A stretch of DNA of 64,000 nt, taken from positions 21,514,001 through 21,578,000 of the forward strand of contig JBHGNT010000011.1 of assembly GCA_043228905.1 (NCBI GenBank), read 5' to 3'. Of this stretch, positions 52,801 to 64,000 are shown one piece after another. Numbering within the stretch: position 1 is the first letter of the stretch; every line of letters starts with the position of its first letter. The notes beneath the pieces are model-generated. The model had not been told where the DNA came from, ran no database searches, and saw nothing but the letters and a program-made list of their open reading frames with translations. A program made the position numbers and the translations under genes. The stretch comes from Azolla caroliniana. Its lineage: Eukaryota > Plantae > Polypodiophyta.

Positions 52801-54983
52801 TATATGGCTCATCTATTATTACCCTTCTTAAAATTAAAATGTGACATGTTTGACCAAGGACACATAATGACATTTATAAAATTGCTAGGTGTAGTAACAT
52901 TCGTTATACATACCTTTTTTAGTGCTATCCTTACACTTACACCATAGCTCCCTCGAGTGTTTGCCGAGGATAATTTATCAAATATTTATTCACGAAGAAT
53001 GATATAACAACATTTACTATATAAAAAAATGCGATATCTCTAGCATAGAAGAGGATATCTCTACTAATATATCAACATAACTATTACTTCATGTTGTAAA
53101 AATGCATAATTAATTCTAAATCAACTCTTTTGGTTTATGTTCAACAAATTCTACAATATTTATCTCAATTGCAAGACCTTAACGCAAAAATGGTTATCAT
53201 TATTTCTTTTATTATAATGGATGCAATAATCCCCTCTTATTTCCTTTCACATATCCTATAAGTAGTCTATACATGTATTAATAACGCAATGCCAAAATCC
53301 CTCATCAACTCCCTTCCGATTATGAAAATATTCATATCATGGTAAAACCTCGATTGGATGCAAGGCTAGAGATGACATTAAGGTAATTCCCACCCCTCTA
53401 CAAGTATTTGTTAATTGTGAGGATTATCAACTTGATTTTAATTTCATCCTATACACATATTGTACTACAAATTGGTGATAATCAAACAAGGACCGATATA
53501 TCATGCCATGTTTGTATTGTATAATGTGATACCTAAAGTAATCAAACATTGCCTATATGGTGGTCAAGTGTAAAGCTCTTTTAGTAAGAACCCATTTAAA
53601 GTGGAATTGAATATCTCAATATATATTGCCCATCTTAGGGCGATTATGCAAAGGGATCAAGTTGGATGCTTATACAAATGATTATATGTAGATGGAAGAA
53701 GTTGAAAATGATGATATTATGGAGTCGATGACGTATACATAATTATGACTGAAAACTTACGAGACGTTGTATACTGTTCCCGTCAGTATGAAAGTTTCAC
53801 AGGCAATGATGATGCCATTTTCAGGAAACAAATGCATTTTAAAAGGATATGGACCTCTAAGCTCATTTTTAGGGTAGATGGAGATCACATAATTTGGATG
53901 TATATTGTTCCTGTCATTTTGGGAAACAATGTCTACTAACTTTGTTTATGGACATTCTGTTGTTAGAGATTTTAGGTGCTATAGGTTACATTGAATGCTC
54001 AATTGCAGTTTGGGAGGAGTAGATGATAAAAATCGTGGAGATATGGTGTACAAATATGTGTAGTTCCTGCATATACACATCAAATTGACTATGAGGAATG
54101 ACGCTGGAAAGTTGTTGTTGTTGCACAAGTTGCAAGATGGATTATGAAAGAGAGGCATCAGTCAGAGTTTGAAAAGCAGAAATCCAAAAACAAAAACAAC
54201 AAATTGCTTGAAGTTTAGCTAAAAACATTTCTACTTTCTGGCATTCAAGTGAAACACTTCTTACAGATGTTGTTACAATGATAATGTTTCTATGTTAGTT
54301 TTATCAAGCAGTAATTCGGAAAAAACAGCCATTGATAAGGTTATGCACAAGAAGGCCGAGTTTATGAAGCTTTAAAAGCTTCAAAAAAATGCAAAACGAG
54401 GGCATCTCTCCTTATTGCTTGATCACCCCTTATTGCTAGCTATGCTCAACAAATCGGCTATGATGAGGGTACAAGGGAATCGATTGGTATATTTGTTTAT
54501 CCAACACAACTTTTGTATTTCTTATGATTTAATAATACCAAGGCGTATCTTTTTAAGGAAAAAAAAAACTTACGAGACGTTGGAATAAAGAGAAAGATGA
54601 AGAGGAAGACAATGAGCAAATTCTACAAAGAGGAAAGAGACAATCATTTTTGCTATCTATGTCTCTTGCAAAATACATCCACATTATCACCTATCCTAAA
54701 TAACAAGTTTTGCTTTGGTGAGTAAGTGGTAGGCAAGTTTTTGAAAAAGATTTGTGAGCTTTTAACACATTCTTTCTTTGTCTTCACAGAAATCCATAAC
54801 CATGGTACACAATATCATCTATGCTTTGGTTGACCATCAGGTTGTGACAAGGAGTGTAAACGGCTTAACACAATGATGTAGATGGTGTGAGAGGAGGATG
54901 AAATTAGATGAAGAGAGAAGAGATTACGAGGACTAAGGTGAGAGTGAGAGTAGAGGTGAACAATTGTGCGTGTGTGTGTGCCC

Positions 54984-55091
<108 letters not shown>

Positions 55092-55099
55092 TGTCAACA

Positions 55100-56200
55100 A
55101 GATCAACCATGGATATCTATGATGCAATATTTTATCGAGCATGAAGGATATAGGTGCATGGGAAAACAAAGATCAAGCTTCGTGGTGGGCATTACTCAAT
55201 GGATGTATTCCTCTAAATATTCAACATTCTGCAGACAAAAATTGGTGAGGTCATGACAATATGCATTATCTTTTTTTGGTTGGACACCATCAAGTGATCG
55301 AGAATTTTATAATTTGTTACAAAATGAATTGTTCATTTCTTTTGAAGTGTTGTATTGGCATGGAAAAGGGAAGTTGAGGTCTCAATTCAATTGTTTATTT
55401 CAATTGGGGGTTGTACATTTGGGAGATGTGGTTGATAATGAATCTCAAAGGTTGTTGTAATTGAAAGATGTCCAATGATGGTTATGTATTCCCCCAAATT
55501 ATGGATTTATTTGGGAAAAATTACAAGATATACTATTGTTGCATGGGTCTTTGCCATTGAAAACAAACAAATGTTGCACCTTTGGTGGATTGCCAGTTAT
55601 AGGATGGTACACGTTTGTTACAAGTCACTACAAATATATTGGATCATCATGTTAACATCATTATCTTGGCTATCTCCTAAAGTGAAAAAGGTGTGGAATG
55701 TATGAAAGAAGAATCTAAGGTGGTGGAAAATATTACAACGTGCTTGGCATTCCCATTTGCCATATTGTGCAAAGGTATTCATATGGAGAATCGTGATTGG
55801 TGGGCTCCCATAAGGTTCAACCTTAAAGAGACGAGGACTAGGGTCAGGCACACGTTTCTTTTGCACCATTCCGTTGGAGGACATCACACATAGGTTCATA
55901 AAATGTCCTATAGTGTGTATCGTTCGGAAGTACTCATCGAACATTTGGCATATTTTAACCTGTTGTTATTTGAGGCCTTAACAATAAGTTTTTTCTCAAT
56001 ATGTTCAAAATGGTCCAAATGACCAGATGGAGATATTGTTCCAAATTTTATGATATTGGGGACTACAAACGATTGGAATATGCTTAATGCTTTCATGTTT
56101 GATAGTAGACATGGGGTGAAGCCTATATGAGGAAGTTGAACGGTATTCTTATGTGGAATTTCTAGATGTTAGAGCATGCGAGGATCATTTCCTCAAATGC
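55100..56200 (+). mobile_element. L1-type LINE C-terminal remnant (zf-RVT)
   Basis: ~55768-55930 translates AKVFIWRIVIGGLP*GSTLKRRGLGSGTRFFCTIPLEDITHRFIKCP, the KxFxW...LP...CxxC...E...H.F..C pattern. Confidence 0.65.
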
Positions 56201-56329
56201 ATATTCAAGTTTTCTAGTGGCATTATAGGATGTCCCTCTCCCTTGGTAGCATAGATAGGTAGGATAGATAGGTAGAGGGGACTAAGAAGTGTTGTAACAA
56301 GTGGATTTTATATAGAATTAATATAATTG

Positions 56330-59300
56330 TGTGCTTTTACCTAGAGATAGATAGATTGTATTATCGTCTTCGGAGGCCAAATATGACCTATGAGACCAAA
56401 AATATTACATTTCACATGATTCATGTGAAAGTGAGTAGCGATTCTCGATGTTCAAGAATGTTACCAATGAATGTTGCAATTGAGAGTGCACACTGTGGTT
56501 GTGAGAGAAATTCTTGCAAGGATTGGGCTCGATTGAAGAGATGTGGAAAGCATGGTCGAATATGATCAAAGGAAGAACATTGTATCGAAGTGTGATACTC
56601 AAGACTCTTGAACTTGTTTAGGGCAAAGTGTGCATAACCGGCCACTCTCATCACTTGTGCTCCAACGTCCCATCTCACATCGCAATGCATGTGAGCTAAG
56701 TCGCATGGAAGCAATGGTTCGAATGGCAGATAATGGGATGGGCTCTAACATGTATCAATGTGTACGGTTTCCCCGTTCCGCAAAGAATATGGTTTTGTAG
56801 TTAGGTACAACATGTGTAGTATGATATGTGAAGCGTGAGCCTCCACATTTGTCCCATGTCATGATACATTGGCGTTGCAAAAAGGCCTCATTTGCAAAGG
56901 AATCTAGTGATGCATCATGAAGCTAGTGTCTTGCATCCATCTACCAAACCATTTTTCTATATCTTGCATCCAACCAGAACACAAAATTTTGCTTTTCTTC
57001 GTCTTTTGGATCTTTTTGCTTGCTTCCCATTCAATTCTAGGAAGTCGATGTGAGGGACTTTTTTGAATCTTAAGCATGTATTCAACAACCCTTTCCATGG
57101 CCATGATCTCGATGGGAAGCGATCCTGTCTCAAGGAGGAGGAGGGTGTAGGCGTTTGTTTCTTAACTTGTAGAAACTTTGTAAGAAAATGTTTTTGGACA
57201 TTTTCAAACTCTTTCCACGTAGATTTAGGGATGCTACCACCCCATACTTCCAGCTCATAGAGAAGAACCGGTGTCACCAAAGTGTTGAAAATATATTTCT
57301 TGAGGACCCAACACTTAATATCTCCAAGATTGTAGGTGTTCTCAAATGCATAGTATGCTCACTTACTGGCCTTTAAGCGGTGTCTAGCATATTCATTCCA
57401 TTTATGATTTGAAGGAACTTCAAGGCCAAGATATTTGAAGCTTTCCACTCATTCAAGTGGCTCATTGTTGTACATAATACATGGTTTATCTCTTTTTTGG
57501 CTCTTCATCAACATAATCTTTGTTTTAGAGCTATTTACACTTAATTTAGTGTGCATGCAAACTTTTCCAATGCCTTCATTAGCTTTTGTGCATCTCCTAA
57601 AGTATTTGCAAAAAGCACTACATCATCTGCATATAGCAAAAGCATAATCACAACATTCTCAATGGCAACTTCTTCAACACATTCTTTCTTTACAAACTTG
57701 GTAACCATTTCTTCCAATTCATCAATCCATAGACCAAATACTGTTGGCGAGAGTGTGCATCCTTGCTTAACACCAATAGTACTATTGAAAAAATCTGAAA
57801 GTCTATCTCTGATACGCACACAACATATAACCTTCTCATATATTCGTGAAATTCCAAGCATATATTCACTTGGCACCTCAAGTTCTTCCATTCGCCTCCA
57901 AAGATGCTCACGAGGTACCATATCAAAAGCTTTCTTGAAGTCTACAAAGCAACAATATAAAACTTTACCTCTAAGGCGACTTTCCTCCATTAATACTCGA
58001 AGGGTGACAAGGTGATCAATGGTGCTATGGTGTTTTCAAAAGCTAACTTGTCCATAAGCTCTCTTACCATTTTTTTTAGCCCATATACTTATCTTTGATT
58101 CCATTATACATTCAAATAGTTTTGACATTAATGAGCCAACCATGATGATTCGATGGTTGTTTACATTATTTACATCTCCACCTTTATGTAAAGGTTTGAT
58201 CCAATTTGTAGTCCAATCATACGACATACCATGTTGCAATGCATCATTAAACATATCACTTATCCATACACATGCTTCCTTTCCTGTCCATTTGAGCATT
58301 TTAGCCTTTATACATTGAAGATCACTTGCCTTTCGAGAGGACAATTTCTTAAGTCCTATACATATATCTTCAATTGTAAAGAAGGGAGACATGTGTGAAA
58401 GACAACCATAACACATTATCTTTCTGGCAAGAGATAACTCATATAAATTCTTACAATGCATAGACAAGTCGTGAAGATTTAAGTCACCATAACTCTCAAC
58501 ATGTTTCCCCTTTAGATTTCCCTAAAATTTAGCACATGCATGTGCTTTCTCTTGCGTTTGGAGAAATTGTTGAGTAACTTCCCATATTATTTTCTTTCTT
58601 TGAATAAATGCAAATGCTTTTGGTAATTTTCTTTATCCTTAACTACATCCAAAACCATAAGGCACTTTCGAGCTTCACAACATTCTTTATCAAACTATTT
58701 TTTCCTAAATTTCTTGGTGCGTTTCCAAGATGTGCGGTTGGTCGAAAAACATTTGTTTGTACATAAGAGAATGACTTTTTTAAAAGCTTCCAATGTGCAT
58801 TCTCGTGTAGCACCATGTTGTATCTTTGTCAAATTTTGTAACATATCCTCAACCATCTTTTAATATATGGGCGCTTGCTTGAGGTTCATGCTCAAGTGCG
58901 ATTGTTTATTATCTTCAATGGCCTTCTCACAATCAAACCTATGCATACATTTCAGATCAATACATGAAGCCCTATGATTGGATTCCGGTGTCCATTCACC
59001 AAGTGAAAATTTATGTGTTGAGATATCAAGCTCAACTAGGTTTAGCTACTTAGTCAACTATGTAACTTAATAGTTACATAATTAGAATCTAGTTAGAAGT
59101 GTTGACCTTAAAGCCTTAATAAAATAGGATTTTGTACTTAAGTGGGATGCATTCTAGATCCTCCACTACCAAGTTCATTGAATATAGGACTTAGATCATT
59201 GTACCTATATTCTCCTCACACATGTGCACCCTTGCACATGAGATGTATATATACCACATTGTGGGTATTGTTGTATTTTGATGCTTATTAATATGGAGAA

Positions 59301-60182
59301 AGGTCTTTAGCTACACTCTTGTTAATCATTCCCCATTTATATTATTGTTTATAAGTGTATCTTCTTCTCTCTCTTCCTCTCACACACATACACACACAAA
59401 GCACATAATCTTCCACTGCTTTATCAATACTCACATAATTAGACCCTAATTAACCCTAGTTAATTACCCAATTATTAACATTATGTATACGATCCGAAAT
59501 ACCTTCAGAAATAGCACATAGTCAATCACACTATTTCCGTTGTGTTTTCTACATGTAAAACCATTAGTGTTGGGCCATAAGGAAACACCATTTGCAATAA
59601 GCAATCCGTTACTGTTGCACATTTGTAGGAGTAACTTCCCAAATTGGTCTAGATATTTTTCATTGCTAGAAGAGTGGTTATACATTTGCATATCCTCTTG
59701 CATCCTTGAGATATGTGGCATGAAAGATTATTGTGAATCAAGTTGGAAACTTCTTGTACGAGCATTCATGTCACCAAAGACAATAACTTCCCCTCCGGAT
59801 TTGAAATAAGCAATATCATCTTCTAGATTGGCAAAATGTTGATCTTTATCCAAACAAGCATACAAGTTAAAATCTTGATGAAGAATGTAATATCCAACTA
59901 CAAAAGTGGGCAAATCATTAGGCATTTCTATTTTGAGCCATATGTAACATTTATGTTCATCATTTTTAATGATTAACACATATTTCTCTATTTCATTCTT
60001 AATCAAACATGCCACCCCTCCTTGTCCTCTTCTTTTTCTTAGATTTTTCTTTTATATCAAAGAGTGTACATTATAGTTTCCTAAACCTTGAATCCTTTGA
60101 GTATCATGCTCCCATGTTTCAATGTTTCAACAAGAAGTGTGATATCCGAGTCATAAGTGAACTCCTCTATGCCAAATCCCGC
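56330..60182 (-). mobile_element. Decayed non-LTR retrotransposon (APE + RT; RTE/CR1-like rather than L1), interrupted by a solo LTR and cut at its 5' end by a gypsy LTR
   Basis: RT motifs: IKPLHKGGDVNNVNNHR, CFVDFKKAFDMVPRE, GVKQGCTLSPTVFGL, LLLYADDVVL, FKYLGL. APE motifs: DITLLVET, VIVFGDMNART, SVIDYVL and ESNHR (SDH). Frameshifts and stops throughout. Confidence 0.9.
59016..59480. mobile_element. Solo LTR, 465 bp, with 5-bp target-site duplication TTATG
   Basis: ttatg|TGTTGAG...TTAACA|ttatg, TSD at 59011-59015 and 59481-59485. Removing the LTR and one TSD restores the APE reading SEGISDRIHKFSLGEWTPESNHR. Confidence 0.9.
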
Positions 60183-60849
60183 TGTCGTGACATTTCCATG
60201 CCACGATGAGAAAATAACCTCTACCAATTTATATGAGCTTATTCAAATATTTGTAAAAGGTTATATAGAGTGCGAGGCCTCGATGAGTAAGAGCATGTGC
60301 GGGTTTTGGTGTTGTGAAAGATTTGCTACACAATAGAAAAATAATCTAAAATATTGTAATGAATAACATTTGCAAGACTTGAACCCACAACCTCACATAC
60401 CAAACACAAGGCACATACCATTAGGCTAAGCCATTTGTTCTTATAAAACTATATTTTAATGTTTATACTTATGCATGTATATTTTCATACATGAAAGCTC
60501 AAATGTGTGGGATATCTATCAGGCATCACATGTAATGCATGAACGCCAAATGGCGATCATGCATTTCATGCACTACATGTATGTCTTGTACCCGTACATG
60601 CATCATATGCATGGGGGCACCTATTTAAAGAGGGAACGGGAAAAGAGTGAGGGGAGATGAGACGAGGAATATTATTGTAATAGGAGGGACAAGCTATATT
60701 ATTGTACAAGAAATATTTTGTAATCATCTTCAAATATCAATACAAGTTATTTCCGTTTCTCCTCTTTCTTTGACAAGAAGCCCAATGCTTACTTCCCAGA
60801 TTCGTGATTTTCTTTTCGTTTGCTCCCGTACGCCGAGATCGACGCGACA
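60183..60849 (+). mobile_element. 5' LTR (~667 bp) of a Ty3/gypsy retrotransposon
   Basis: Inverted termini TGTCGTG...CGCGACA. The LINE APE frame breaks off at 60182. TATA-like tatttaaa at ~60622; the PBS follows immediately. Confidence 0.75.
60372..60432 (-). pseudogene. Degenerate tRNA-like sequence inside the LTR
   Basis: Minus strand ggcTTAGCCTAATGGtatgtgccttgtgtTTGGtatgtgaggttgtgGGTTCAAGTCttgc has A-box and B-box at tRNA-like spacing and a possible TGG anticodon, but no good acceptor stem. Confidence 0.45.
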
Positions 60850-60850
60850 A

Positions 60851-60868
60851 TGGTGAACCCGATGTGAA
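60851..60868 (+). promoter_or_regulatory. Primer-binding site complementary to the tRNA-Trp 3' end
   Basis: TGGTGAACCCGATGTGAA versus the expected TGGTGAACCCGACGTGAT, 1 nt after the LTR-terminal CA. Confidence 0.8.
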
Positions 60869-60886
60869 ATGGGAAGTTACGAGAGA

Positions 60887-63800
60887 TGGAGAACCAACAA
60901 GCAGTCTTGGCGCCACGAATCAACCAAGAAGTCGTCGTGGAGCTACAAATCAACATGGTGCTTCAAATGATTGAAAGAATGATGCAAAGCCAAGAACGTG
61001 CAACTACTCTTCAACGAATCGATTGACATGCTATTGACAAGATTGTAGAGAAAATAGGTCTCTTTGAAGGTAAAAATATATTAACTAAATTCTTACAAGT
61101 ATATGTTACTGAGATGGGTAGTAAAGGATTAAATCAACATGATGTTCAAATGAATTTTGTGAGGATGGTTGAACTCCCTTTGAGAAATAGAGTCTCTGAA
61201 CTCGCAACAAGTTCTAATGATTGGGTTGCATTTGAGAAAGCTTTATTAAATGAATACATGCTTGGTGATACAATCCGAGCATCAAGGAGTAGTTTCTTGG
61301 GTTGGGTGGACAAAGAGGACAAGAATATTTCGGTGATGGAGTTGTTGAAAGAGTTTGAAGCTCGTTATAATCAATTAACGACGACCGAAAGGACTCTTTT
61401 GGAACAAGAGAAGGTCATATTATTCTTGAAGGCATCTACCCGAAACAGTGATGGACGATCTTATCAAAGGTATAAAAGATCTTTCATTACATGTTGCAAA
61501 GCTATAAGAAGAAAAATCCTCACAACCCCAAAAAGATTATGAAAGAAGATGCATATGGTGTGATAGCGTCGACCATTCAAGAGGAGGGTGTGATAAATAT
61601 CAAGAAGCGATAGAAAGAGGGGTGATATTCTTCAAAGATGGTAAGATTCATTCTTCTGAAACTCTATTACCTCTCTGAATTAACTTTAGAAGATGTGGTA
61701 TGAGAAGGAATATCGAAGACGCGGAAATAACTAGGACACAAGCTGTTTATCAACCAACAACTACATTCATCCATGTTGGTGAAGGAGGATCTGAATCTGA
61801 AATTTGGCTGTGTATTTTGAAAGCTGCAAGAAAGGGTAAAATCGAGTTTGAAAAGTTGAAGTTTGGAGGTGATGTTGTCCGAAGCAAAATTGGTTGGGAA
61901 GACCTAGTGGATGGCCTCTCAACTTTCGCGAAGGTTGCAACAACCCAAGCCCATGAAGTGATCATCGAAGAGAAACGGAAATGGGCGGAAAATGAAGATA
62001 ACAAGAAGCGCTAAAAAGAGGGAGACAGAAAGTCCAAAAATGGTAAGCCTTGACATTGAAAAAGGTAAGGATAAGAAGAGTCCCTTGTTCAAATTATTAT
62101 CTGATATTGAAGCTTCAACTGATTTAAAAAAAGTATTGGAAGAAAGAATTTTAGATAGCAAAATGGAACTTTCCTTGGTGGAACTTTTGGGCATAGCTAA
62201 AAAACAATTTCATGATGCAATAATAGATGGAATTAAAAGAAAATGACAAAATATTGAAGCCGCAGAAAACCCAGGAAGTGAAGTAAAGAAAGCAATGGTG
62301 GAAGTTCTCAAAGGTGAACCAAGCTCTTCCATTGTTGGTACACAAGCTATTGCGACGACAACTTTTGAAGAGAAGCCGAAAGAGCTAAAAAGCTACTATG
62401 CTAAGAAACATTGGGCAAGAGCAACAACTGAGACACCTGTGAAGATCCAGTCGTGGCCTTAATTGACCACGACTAAAAAATTAATCTAATTTCTTATGAT
62501 ATTTATAGGAAAGGCGGATGACCAATGGAAATGAATCATGGGTGGAGGGTAAAATTGGCTAATTCAATGACCGAGCGACTTCATGGAGCTTGCCCAAACA
62601 TCAAAGTCACCATTGGAGATGTGCCAATGGAGCAACATTTCTTTGTCCAAAAGACCTCATTATACCCAGTGATTCTTGGTCAACCATATATCACATCTTT
62701 TAGGATGGAGACAAAGGTGCTTGAAGATGGCTCAACATATGCTAGAATTCAGAGTACTGATGATAAAAGGAGTGCTCAATTTCTTACTGTTAGGTAGGAG
62801 CATGATAGAAATAAAGAAGAATTACGAATTAACTCATATGAGCATGATATGTCATCTTATGAGTCGGATTTTTAAATAGGATCATTGATGGGAAGGGACG
62901 CAATGGTCCCAAAGCTTTTCTTTCCTTGCAAAAATGTTTTCCAATTAATAAAACATACTTTGTCTAATAAAATGGATGGATTTACTTGTTACTTTGGTGT
63001 GGAAAGTCATGCACAAAATAAAGGGAGTAGGAAGATGTTGGATGCATTGTGCACTTCAGGGATGATTGAATGGGATGACATTTAGATGTGGATATAGTCA
63101 AAATATTAGAAAATTGCTTGAATGAGAAAGAATGCGACAAGAGATTTGTTCATGTAAATTCTGTTGATATGTACCTTCATATTGTTGATTTTATTGAAAA
63201 AAATGGTTGTATAGCTAATAGCGAAATGGTTGGAAATAGCTATCATGAAATGGCTAAAAAAGCAAGTAAAAATAACTATGCAATAAAAGTTAACACTAAA
63301 TATAAAACAATAGACAAAAAGGTCAAGCCCGTGGCCATGCATCTACTATGGATAGTACTGAAATGAAAAAGAATGTCGCGTTTGAGCCAACATTGTGGGA
63401 TTCTAAGGATATTGGTCATAAGTTTACAAATGCTACTCTAGATCAACTAAAAATTGGTGAGAATGATTTTCTTTTGCCTGTTGAGATACAATGTTTTCGA
63501 AATATGATTGCTAGTAATGGGAAAACGTTTGCATTTGAGTTGAGTGAAATTGGTTGTGTAGACCCAATAGTTGTGGAACTAATGATTATATTTATAGTTC
63601 TGCATATTCCTTGGAATTTAAGGCCTATCCTTGTTCCTCGAGCCCAAATACTGCTAGTAATAACTTTGTCTAAGGAAAAAATAGAAATGGGTATCTTGGA
63701 GCCATCAGATGACCCGTACTCAAATAAGTGGTTTATTGTACCTAAAAAGAACGGTTCATTAAGGTTCATTAAGGATTTACAGCCTATCAATAGAGTTACT

Positions 63801-64000
63801 ATTCGAAACATCGGTGTTGGACCGATTGTAGATGCCTTTGCAGAAGCTTTTGCAAGAAGAGCTATATATTCTATGTGTGATTTGTATTCAGGATATGATA
63901 AATTTCAGCTTGCTATTGATAGTCGTGATATAACTACTATACGAACACCAATTGGATTGATGCGAATGTGTACATTGCCTCAAGGTGCTACAAATTCTGT
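60887..64000 (+). mobile_element. Ty3/gypsy internal region (gag-protease-RT), pseudogenised, runs off the window
   Basis: Gag-like FEGKNI.TKFLQVYVTEM...W.AFEKALLNEY. Protease region HGACPNIKVTIGDVPMEQHFFVQ..YPVILGQPY. RT GILEPSDDPYSNKWFIVPKKNGSLRFIKDLQPINRVTIRN...YSMCDLYSGYDKFQLA..SRDITTIRTPIGLMRMCTLPQGATNS. RT directly follows protease, as in gypsy. Confidence 0.92.

Overview
AT-rich eukaryotic nuclear DNA from a land plant that probably still makes flagellated sperm (an intact IQUB/FAP253-like axonemal gene points to a fern, lycophyte or similar lineage; the taxon is an inference). I assembled seven protein-coding genes by hand from splice sites and reading frame: the 3' end of a FRIGIDA-like gene (+), UDP-glucose 6-dehydrogenase (-), a 14-exon LUC7-like U1 snRNP factor (+), IQUB-like (-), a CCA1/LHY/RVE clock MYB (+), an SKU5-similar multicopper-oxidase-like gene (+) and a 12-exon GSK3/SHAGGY kinase (-). 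The last ~14 kb is transposon-rich. It holds L1-type LINE remnants and a decayed APE+RT LINE interrupted by a 465-bp solo LTR (5-bp TSD) and by a Ty3/gypsy element with a tRNA-Trp PBS. The most interesting signals concern splicing. LUC7 intron 1 has a split long-range base-pairing element beside a cryptic 5' splice site. LUC7 intron 2 looks like a U12-to-U2 conversion. The last intron of the clock gene carries a tandem array made of copies of its own 3' splice site. The UGD leader intron has duplicated splice junctions and a perfect 3 x 259-bp repeat. No CRISPR array, rRNA or intact tRNA gene was found. All family assignments come from motif recognition, not database searches, and none of the regulatory hypotheses can be proven from sequence alone.
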